DNA of 64,000 nt. It comes from an uncultured Bdellovibrionales bacterium (GTDB taxonomy: Bacteria > Patescibacteriota > Minisyncoccia > Moranbacterales > DUUL01). The position numbers and the translations under genes are program-made. The notes under the pieces are model-generated. The model ran no database searches. It was given only the letters and a program-made list of their open reading frames with translations, and was not told where the DNA came from. This document shows, piece after piece, positions 57,442 to 64,000 of the stretch; position 1 is the stretch's first letter, and every line of letters begins with the position of its first letter. The DNA lies in contig CAZKWX010000001.1 of NCBI GenBank assembly GCA_964556685.1, positions 95,854-159,853 on the forward strand, given 5' to 3'.

Positions 57442-57843
57442 ATGGAAGAAAAATCAAAAAATAAAAATAAAATAAGAAGTTATAAAGATCTAGAAGTATT
57501 CCAGAAGTCTTATAAGTTATCAATTATAATAAGCACGAAGCTGATTCCTAAGCTTCCGAAAGAAGAAAAATTTATTCTTTCTGATCAACTAAGAAGATCT
57601 TGTAAGGCCGTTCCTCGATTAATTGCAGAAGGCTTTGGAAAGCGACATCAAAAGAAAGGTTTTCAGAAATATTTGGACGATGCGATATCAGAAAATAACG
57701 AAACTGTAGTCAGCTTATCTCAAGTGAGAGATATTTATTATGAATAGATTAATCCTCATTCAGTTGCAAAATTAATAGAAGAATATGAGATTATCGGAAA
57801 ACGGCTTTATCGACTAAAAGAAGCTTGGAATAAATTTTCTTAG
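57442..57843 (+). pseudogene. four-helix-bundle protein (23S rRNA IVS-protein family) interrupted by an in-frame TAG at 57745-57747
   Basis: The N-terminus SYKDLEVFQKSYKLSI...LSDQLRRSCKAVPRLIAEGFGKR is family-typical. After the TAG the same frame continues INPHSVAKLIEEYEIIGKRLYRLKEAWNKFS*, the normal C-terminal helix. Confidence 0.5.
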
Positions 57844-57915
57844 ATTTTTATGTTTTTCCCTACGACCTAAAACTTACAACCTAACCTACTTCCAACACCC
57901 TTTTTACCTACCTCT

Positions 57916-58755
57916 ATGCAACTTCTATTCGACATCGGTGGCACCAAAACTCGTTTGGCTGCCACTAAAAATAAAAACGAAATTGACAACGAACGCGTTC
58001 GGATTTTTTCCACTCCCAACTCTTTTGAAGAAGGGGTTGATTTGATTGTGAAAACTGCCCAAGAATTAACTAGCGATGAAAAAATCGAAGCTTGTGCGGG
58101 AGGCATTGGCGGACCGCTGGATCCTGGAAAAGAAAGAATTGTTTTTGACTCAGGCAAGACTAATTTGAAAAATTGGGTTGAGAAACCATTAAAGAGCATC
58201 CTGACTAAGAAATTGGGTGTTGATGTAAAATTAGAAAATGATTCTGCGCTAGGCGCTTTGGGAGAAGCTGTTTTTGGCGCCGGAAAAAAATATTCGATTG
58301 TTGCCTATTTGACCATTGGCACTGGCGTCGGTGGCGCTCGCGTAGTAGATAAAGTTATTGATGAGAATTCTCTTGGATTCGAACCAGGCAAACAAATTGT
58401 GGATGCTGATGGATCGATCTATCCTCACGCTGACCCTCCAGTTAATCTTGAACAAATTATCAGCGGCCAGGCAATTGAAAAAAGAATGGGCCAAATGCCC
58501 AGTGACATTAAAGATGAGAAGTTTTGGGAAGACATGGCTCACTATCTGGCCATTGGTCTCAATGACACTGCGGTTTTTTGGTCGCCTAATGTGATTATAC
58601 TAGGCGGATCTTTAGCCAACTATATTCCCCTTAAGGAAATTGAAAAAGTTTTGTCTAGCATTCTCACCACTTTCAAAAAAACTCCCCCAATAAAAAAAGC
58701 CCAGTTGGGTGAACTCTCTGGGATCTATGGAGCGCTGCGTTTTTTAAACTGTTAG
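57916..58755 (+). CDS. ROK-family sugar kinase
   Basis: LFDIGGTKTRLA and LTIGTGVGGA motifs. Confidence 0.75.
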   Translation: MQLLFDIGGTKTRLAATKNKNEIDNERVRIFSTPNSFEEGVDLIVKTAQELTSDEKIEACAGGIGGPLDPGKERIVFDSGKTNLKNWVEKPLKSILTKKLGVDVKLENDSALGALGEAVFGAGKKYSIVAYLTIGTGVGGARVVDKVIDENSLGFEPGKQIVDADGSIYPHADPPVNLEQIISGQAIEKRMGQMPSDIKDEKFWEDMAHYLAIGLNDTAVFWSPNVIILGGSLANYIPLKEIEKVLSSILTTFKKTPPIKKAQLGELSGIYGALRFLNC

Positions 58756-58838
58756 TTATGTGATACTTCTAAGTTATACGAAAAAAACAATCCCGCGTAT
58801 ACGGGACTGTTTTTTTCGTCTTAATAAAATCTACACCG

Positions 58839-58911
58839 GGGCGACTACAGGGAATTGAACCCTGGTAACCAGTACCACAAACTGGTGTTCTACCATTGAA
58901 CTATAGTCGCC
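58839..58911 (-). tRNA. tRNA-His (GTG) with encoded G-1, CCA not encoded
   Basis: Folded by hand. An 8-bp acceptor stem includes G-1:C73. The anticodon loop is TTGTGGT and the T-arm is CAGGG-TTCAATT-CCCTG. Confidence 0.8.
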
Positions 58912-59016
58912 ATGATAAAAATGTTAAATTGTAAAAAGCAAAATATAAAAATGCCTTCAAGCAAAAGACTGTCAAGACAACGTTTGCTTTTCCTTATTCT
59001 TTCCAGTCAATAATAT

Positions 59017-59172
59017 TTATCCCTTCCCTCGTTTTTTCACTACCACTTTCTGCTTGGACTTCCAGCCCAACTCGCGGATGATTTCAATTGGAAGTGTCAA
59101 AGTGACACTCTTGCTGCCTCCACTTTTGGAAAGCTTTCTAGTATGTCTTTCGCTTAATTTTCTCCTGGCCAT
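59017..59172 (-). CDS. AbrB/MazE-family small DNA-binding protein (51 aa)
   Basis: Not in the ORF track. Sequence: MARRKLSERHTRKLSKSGGSKSVTLTLPIEIIRELGWKSKQKVVVKKRGKG. It resembles the 29908..30096 product. Confidence 0.45.
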   Translation of the reverse strand: MARRKLSERHTRKLSKSGGSKSVTLTLPIEIIRELGWKSKQKVVVKKRGKG

Positions 59173-59223
59173 GTTTTTGAGAATTCACGAATTAATTCGT
59201 GAATTAAATATATAAAATATAAT

Positions 59224-59709
59224 CTAAAAAAACATATTCAAACTCCAGATGAACATCACCAAATAGAATGCCATAAAAATCCAAGGGATTTTCAATTCAA
59301 TCGCCGTGAATGGAGTGAAAGTTTTTGGATCTTTTCCATTCTTCAGCACTTCCCATTCGGCACTATACAATCCTAGCGGTAATTCTTTTTCTACCTTATG
59401 AATCACTTTGAATTTACAGGAGTTCTTCATTTTGTAAGCTTTAATCAAACGAAACCAGAAAAAACAAATAATCATTCCCAGCAAAGATGAGGTCGTGAGA
59501 ATAAATGTGGAATCAGAATAATTCGCATGAACGATTGCTAAAACAGCAATCAAACCAGTGTTCAACGCCAAGAAGAAATCATTCGTCTTCTGACGGCGCT
59601 GGCTATTGTGATTAACTGATTTAATATAAATCTTATATTGCTCAAACAAATACTTCGTGTAATCACCATCAAATTTTTCCTTTTCTGCCTGGAATAATAC
59701 TTTATTCAT
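59224..59709 (-). CDS. integral membrane protein
   Basis: 161-aa ORF with 3-4 TM helices. Confidence 0.4.
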   Translation of the reverse strand: MNKVLFQAEKEKFDGDYTKYLFEQYKIYIKSVNHNSQRRQKTNDFFLALNTGLIAVLAIVHANYSDSTFILTTSSLLGMIICFFWFRLIKAYKMKNSCKFKVIHKVEKELPLGLYSAEWEVLKNGKDPKTFTPFTAIELKIPWIFMAFYLVMFIWSLNMFF

Positions 59710-59796
59710 ATCGTTGTTCTAATGATTATTCGCTTCTTGCGTCCTCGCCAGGACTTTCACCCCGCCACAGTTTTCTATTGACATATTTTTATCACT

Positions 59797-59868
59797 GCGT
59801 ACCCGGAAGGACTCGAACCTTCAACCTTCTGGTCCGACCCGGCAAGCTTGCCGGGCTATCCTATTCTG
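59797..59868 (-). other. tRNA-like element with canonical T-arm but no canonical acceptor/anticodon fold
   Basis: GAAGG-TTCGAGT-CCTTC T-arm followed by CGGGTACG. No complementary 5' acceptor strand. It contains the palindrome CCGGCAAGCTTGCCGG. Confidence 0.3.
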
Positions 59869-59940
59869 CGCTCTCGCCAGGACTCGAACCTGGAACGTCT
59901 GGTCCGAAGCCAGATGTGATATCCATTTCACCACGAGAGC
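59869..59940 (-). tRNA. tRNA-Arg (TCG)
   Basis: Acceptor GCTCTCG/CGAGAGC. Anticodon stem TCTGG/CCAGA with loop CTTCGGA. T-arm CCAGG-TTCGAGT-CCTGG. Confidence 0.8.
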
Positions 59941-60011
59941 TCTATTTCACTGGAACTTCCATATGTAGGCGTTGTGGGCCTGCCCACCGAAGCTTGAGGA
60001 ACGAAAGCGTA

Positions 60012-60087
60012 GGTGGGTCATGCAGGATTCGAACCTGCGACCGTTTGCTTAAGAGGCAACTGCTCTACCAGACTGAGCTAATGACCC
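60012..60087 (-). tRNA. tRNA-Lys (CTT)
   Basis: Acceptor GGGTCAT/ATGACCC. D-arm TAGCTCAGTCTGGTAGAGC. Anticodon loop CTCTTAA. T-arm GCAGG-TTCGAAT-CCTGC. Confidence 0.85.
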
Positions 60088-60164
60088 ATTCATTCAAACA
60101 AGCTCAAACTTACGTGCAAAACACGTATCACTCATCATATCCTCAAAATTGTCTATAGTCAATA

Positions 60165-61526
60165 TTACTGAATTTTGTTTTTGATTTCCTCCAACGCACG
60201 ATCCAACTGAGGATCCCGATCATTGTCATAATCTTCATTGCTTATGTCAACCTTAATATCAGGCTCAAGCCCCACTTCGTGAATTGATTGGCCTGAAGGC
60301 GTGAGCCACTTGGCAATAGTAATTCGCAAACTGGATCCTCCTTCAAGATTATCTAATTGCTGCACTGATCCTTTCCCAAAACTCTTCTTTCCAACAATCA
60401 CATGTCCTTTCAGATCTCGCAGGGCACCAGCTAGAATTTCCGATGCACTGGCGCTTCCTTCGTTGATAAGCACCAGCACTGGAATTTCGCTCAGACTGTC
60501 TCCACCTAGCGCCTTGTAGGCACTTCTTTGACCATCCCGTCCTTCTTCCCAAACCACTGGCTCTCCTTTGGGAACAAACTTCGACGCCATCTCAACTGCG
60601 ATGCTCAAAAATCCTCCCGGATTGTTTCGCATATCCAAAACAATGCCCTTGGTGTTGTCAGCAATCATCTGAGCAATCACACGGTTGAATTCGTTGGAAG
60701 TGTCTTCTGAGAACTTTTTAATTCTAACATAGGCAATGCCATCTTCTTTCTGTTCATAGGTTACGCTTTTGATTTCAATCTTTCCTCGAGTGATGGTGAT
60801 GTCTTGCGTCTTCCCATCACCATTACGCATCACTGTCAACGTCACGTTGGTTCCTTTTTCACCTCGGATTTTTTTCACCGCTTCATCAATGGTGATGTCG
60901 GCTGTCACTTCTTCATTGATTTTGAGAATCTTGTCTCCCGCTCGAAGCCCGGCTTTTTCTGCCGGCATTCCTTCAATTGGCGCAATCACCGTTAAAATTC
61001 CTTCCTTCATTCCCAGCTCTGCTCCAATCCCCTCAAAGCTCCCTTCCATGTCCGTGTTAAAATCCTTTGTTTCACTGGGATCCATGAAGCCGGAATAGGG
61101 ATCTCCCAACGCTCCAATCATTCCCCGAATAGATCCATAGACCCTCTCCTGAGGATTCAGATCGCCTTCGTCGACATATTTTTGATCAACTTTCTTCCAA
61201 GCTTCCCAAAACAAATTGAAATCAACTTCGTCGGGCTTATTTTTTTCTGGATCTGAAACAAATAGCTCTTTGGGGTTAGACAGGTTTTTGATAAAACTCG
61301 AAACTTCACCTGAGGGTATTGTCGCTATTGGGTTGGCTTTTTTGCCCCAAGCCACACCCACATAGAACGCTATGACAATAAACAAAACGACCCAGAAGGT
61401 TTTCTTTTTAGAGTTCTTCCTGGGACTTGAAACGATCGACTCCTGACTATAGTCTTTTTGAATTTCTGAATTTATTTTATTCTCTGATTTATTCTCTGAC
61501 ATCTTCTTTCTGCTTGTTTTGATCAT
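60165..61526 (-). CDS. ctpA: carboxyl-terminal processing protease (S41, PDZ domain)
   Basis: PDZ domain followed by the S41 catalytic region (NEGSASASEILAGALRD). Confidence 0.8.
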   Translation of the reverse strand: MIKTSRKKMSENKSENKINSEIQKDYSQESIVSSPRKNSKKKTFWVVLFIVIAFYVGVAWGKKANPIATIPSGEVSSFIKNLSNPKELFVSDPEKNKPDEVDFNLFWEAWKKVDQKYVDEGDLNPQERVYGSIRGMIGALGDPYSGFMDPSETKDFNTDMEGSFEGIGAELGMKEGILTVIAPIEGMPAEKAGLRAGDKILKINEEVTADITIDEAVKKIRGEKGTNVTLTVMRNGDGKTQDITITRGKIEIKSVTYEQKEDGIAYVRIKKFSEDTSNEFNRVIAQMIADNTKGIVLDMRNNPGGFLSIAVEMASKFVPKGEPVVWEEGRDGQRSAYKALGGDSLSEIPVLVLINEGSASASEILAGALRDLKGHVIVGKKSFGKGSVQQLDNLEGGSSLRITIAKWLTPSGQSIHEVGLEPDIKVDISNEDYDNDRDPQLDRALEEIKNKIQ

Positions 61527-62343
61527 ATAATTTATGAGGATCGGACTCTCCCAGATGTTTGATAAAAAACTTTATAGCACTTTTAATGTGAATGCGAGAA
61601 TATTTGTTAAACAAAACTGAACTGACTGCATTCTTGCTCTTGCTTTGTTTTCCATGATAGTGGAAAACTTTCACATTAGGACAATAAACGACTTCGAAGT
61701 CGTTTTTCCAAAAGCGCCAACACCAATCTACGTCTTCAAAATACATAAAATACCGCTCGTCGAACCTGCCCACTTTTTTTGCTGCCTTGCGACTGGTCAT
61801 CATGGCTGAACCCATGATCCAATCCGTCTCAATCTTGTCTACTTGCTTTTGTTTGTCCTTCATCATAAATCGATCCAAATGTTTTTTGGCAAAAGATAAG
61901 TTTCCTAGAAAAGTTCGGCGATAGACAATGGTCATGGGAGAATAGAACCGAAAACATGACTGCTGAATTGAATTATCAAAATTTATCAATTGGGGACCAA
62001 CAATTCCAACCTGGGGATTTCTTTCGAGATAGTCGATCAATTTTTCGACACTTCCTTCTTTCACAACAATGTCTGAATTGATCACAAAGTAGTAATCTCC
62101 TTTGGCTTTGTTCAAACACTGATTGACTAATTTTCCAAAACCCACATTTTTTTTATTGGGTAGAAAAGTGATCCGGCTAAATTCCTCTCGCATCAAATCA
62201 TATGTTTCTTCTTTTGTTTCACCGTCAGCTACAATGATTTCATATTCAAGGTTTTTAACGTATTTTCTAATGGAACGGATGCAGAGTCTGAGCACTGCTG
62301 GATTTCTATATGAAGTAATAAGAATCGAGAGTTTGGGATTCAT
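61489..62343 (-). CDS. glycosyltransferase family 2
   Basis: LSILITSYRNPAVLRLCIRSI...DGETKEE GT-A N-terminus with a DxD region. Confidence 0.75.
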   Translation of the reverse strand: MNPKLSILITSYRNPAVLRLCIRSIRKYVKNLEYEIIVADGETKEETYDLMREEFSRITFLPNKKNVGFGKLVNQCLNKAKGDYYFVINSDIVVKEGSVEKLIDYLERNPQVGIVGPQLINFDNSIQQSCFRFYSPMTIVYRRTFLGNLSFAKKHLDRFMMKDKQKQVDKIETDWIMGSAMMTSRKAAKKVGRFDERYFMYFEDVDWCWRFWKNDFEVVYCPNVKVFHYHGKQSKSKNAVSSVLFNKYSRIHIKSAIKFFIKHLGESDPHKLYDQNKQKEDVRE

Positions 62344-62382
62344 GTTTATTTTGCTAGCATAAAATGCTCCATTTTCCAGAAT

Positions 62383-63582
62383 CTATTCCTCGGCTTTGTC
62401 TTTGTCCTCATTTTTAATCTTATCCTTGTCGGCTTCATCTTTGTCCTTCTTCTTGTCCTTTTTGTCTTCATCTTCATCTGGTTTTGGAGCAGGCTTAGAA
62501 TATTGCTTCACTGGCTGTATGTCACTTTGCGCTGGCAACATGAAAATATCCTGACAAATCGTGTGAATCTCTGAATAGTTATCATGACCAGCTCGAGGAA
62601 TCAGAATATATCCTGCTTCCGGAGCGGCATCACTTGGCACCATCAGCATTCCTTCTTCTGAATTTTCAAAAACGCGTTGATAAATCTCCGCATCAGCCAT
62701 GGAAGCATATTCCCCAAAGAAACTCCTCATCTCTCTCGAAGACATGTCTGTTCTCACGTTCTCCCCAACAGCATTGAGAATGTTGTTGACCTTATTGAAA
62801 TCAGCCAAAGTTCCAATGGAAACCAGTTTGTCTTTGAGCGCTTTGAGCACCACTTGTTGACGCTTGGCTCGATCAAAGTCCGAGGTGTTTTCTCGAGCCC
62901 TGACATAACACAGTGCCTTTTCTCCATCCAAAACATTTGAGCCTTGGGGTAAAACAAATTCTCCACCGCATTCATTACCTTCAACAAATTGTGAAGTTTC
63001 ATAGAAAGGAGTGTCCAAATTAACCTCTACGCCTCCTACTGCATCTACTAGCTGTTTGAATCCAGTGAAGTTTAAGACAATAGCGTAGTGAATTTTCAAA
63101 CCGGTGACGTCCTGTGTAATTTCTTTCATTTCCTTAATTCCCTTTCCTTTATTGTTCTCTTCGCCATGAGCATAGACAGCATTTATTTTCGCGTGATAGT
63201 TAGCATTGGGAACAGCCACATATAGATCGCGAGGAATCGAAATCATGGCTACTTTGTTTTCTTCCGACTTGAGAGAAATCACCATGATGGTGTCCGCCAG
63301 CAATCCTCCGCCAGGAATGTTGGCGCCTCTCATGCCAACCAGCAGGATATTGGTTCGACCTTCTTCGTCAAGGACATCGCCACTGCCTAACGCTCCGAAT
63401 AGACTTCCAAAGACTGATTTGTCCTTGTCAGATATTTTATTGAGAGTATATCCTGCTTTGTAGAGAAATCCTCCAATTAGAAGCAGAATGATGGCCGCAC
63501 CAAAAACAATCCAAAACCATTTTTTCTGGTAGAACTTTTTTTGGTTGTAATTACTTGTTGGAGCCCATGAAGCAGATGACAT
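62383..63582 (-). CDS. LCP (LytR-CpsA-Psr) family cell-envelope phosphotransferase
   Basis: N-terminal TM followed by the LCP core (ILLVGMRGANIPGGGLLADTIMVISL...MISIPRDLYV). Confidence 0.75.
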   Translation of the reverse strand: MSSASWAPTSNYNQKKFYQKKWFWIVFGAAIILLLIGGFLYKAGYTLNKISDKDKSVFGSLFGALGSGDVLDEEGRTNILLVGMRGANIPGGGLLADTIMVISLKSEENKVAMISIPRDLYVAVPNANYHAKINAVYAHGEENNKGKGIKEMKEITQDVTGLKIHYAIVLNFTGFKQLVDAVGGVEVNLDTPFYETSQFVEGNECGGEFVLPQGSNVLDGEKALCYVRARENTSDFDRAKRQQVVLKALKDKLVSIGTLADFNKVNNILNAVGENVRTDMSSREMRSFFGEYASMADAEIYQRVFENSEEGMLMVPSDAAPEAGYILIPRAGHDNYSEIHTICQDIFMLPAQSDIQPVKQYSKPAPKPDEDEDKKDKKKDKDEADKDKIKNEDKDKAEE

Positions 63583-63879
63583 TATTTGTTCTTAATTTTT
63601 ATGAAGCCCTACGGGCAAGCCCGTGGTGCCTTTCTTGCCCGAACCAATCTAGTAGCTCGTTTGTGAGGGCAGAATCACTATCCGTCCACCTGACCTACTG
63701 GTAGATTATTGACTATTGTAAGCAAGCCATTCCAGAAGATCTATTTGTCCGCCCCGCTCGGCGGGACGATCTTTTGGGGATATAGATAAACCAAAACCAT
63801 AGCTGCTTTGAAAAGCGGCTACTTCATTCTAGCACAAAAAAACAAAAAAAGCACCCCCCTCGCATATTACAAATACTCA

Positions 63880-64000
63880 CTATTTATCGTATAAATTTTC
63901 ATAAACCGCCAATGTTTCTTGGGCGCATTTTCCCCAAGAAAAATTTCTGGCCCGGATCAATCCCTTTTCTATCAACATCTTTTTTAATTCATCATTTATC
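63880..64000 (-). CDS. glycosyltransferase, C-terminal fragment (gene continues beyond window end)
   Basis: Hand translation gives ...GLIRARNFSWGKCAQETLAVYENLYDK*, the typical GT4 C-terminal end. Confidence 0.4.
   Translation of the reverse strand, partial: INDELKKMLIEKGLIRARNFSWGKCAQETLAVYENLYDK

Noticed and set aside
28314-57747. Alternative genetic code (TAG as sense codon) suggested by the in-frame TAG in the four-helix-bundle gene and in the small-peptide region
   Set aside because: rpmJ ends exactly at the conserved ...KQRQG with TAG. rpsM ends TAG immediately followed by TAA. TAG is therefore a genuine stop.
59778-60158. 126-aa plus-strand ORF
   Set aside because: It is entirely the antisense strand of the tRNA-like/tRNA-Arg/tRNA-Lys genes. 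It is an artefact of GC-rich tRNA sequence.
1-64000. CRISPR arrays, rRNA genes, transposase or integrase genes
   Set aside because: No evenly spaced direct-repeat arrays, no rRNA-like conserved stretches and no transposase/integrase-like ORFs were seen. The repeats present are hairpin and TIR families without encoded enzymes.

Overview
This is a gene-dense bacterial chromosomal segment of about 40-45% GC with AT-rich spacers. Most housekeeping genes lie on the minus strand. There is no rRNA and no CRISPR array.

Content:
- A conserved translation cluster reads infA-rpmJ-rpsM-rpsK-rpsD-rpoA-rplQ, then rplM-rpsI (24.0-29.6 kb). The S11 and L17 genes carry Lys/Glu-rich extensions.
- Housekeeping genes: leuS, valS, glyQS, glmS, ftsA, a TrmB-type regulator, an ECF sigma factor with a putative anti-sigma factor, Hsp20, CtpA, a ROK kinase, a NUDIX hydrolase and a VanW-domain protein.
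- A cell-envelope glycosylation locus: a DUF4012 protein, two GT4 glycosyltransferases, a Wzz-like protein, a GT2 glycosyltransferase, an LCP protein and an O-antigen-ligase-like protein.
- A cluster of an outer-membrane beta-barrel protein, a LolA-like protein and an RND/MMPL exporter (1.5-6.4 kb).
- Two paralogous acidic tandem-repeat surface proteins (19.8-23.3 kb).
- Fe-S LutA-like and LutB-like proteins split by a four-gene insert.
- tRNA-His, tRNA-Arg(TCG), tRNA-Lys(CTT) and one non-canonical tRNA-like element.

The most unusual feature is a set of interrelated short repeat families:
- (i) GC-rich multi-hairpin elements are scattered through the window. One pair flanks the two GT4 genes as inverted repeats. 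Their hairpin modules are also inserted in frame into coding sequences (leuS twice, the LutA-like and LutB-like genes, the O-antigen-ligase-like gene). This resembles Rickettsia palindromic elements.
- (ii) A 150-230 bp cassette with 11-bp terminal inverted repeats sits between consecutive genes of the infA...rpsD cluster. It donates a conserved SD-less leader to each gene.
- (iii) A 'CAGTAGGT/GGTTGT' repeat family lies upstream of several genes.

leuS also carries a complete Ser-hydrolase (YdeN/RBBP9-like alpha/beta-hydrolase) domain inserted in frame in its zinc-binding region. Two degenerate copies of the leuS 3' end lie downstream of it, which looks like an integration scar.

All assignments are from reading the six-frame translations and the DNA by eye. 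No database search was possible.
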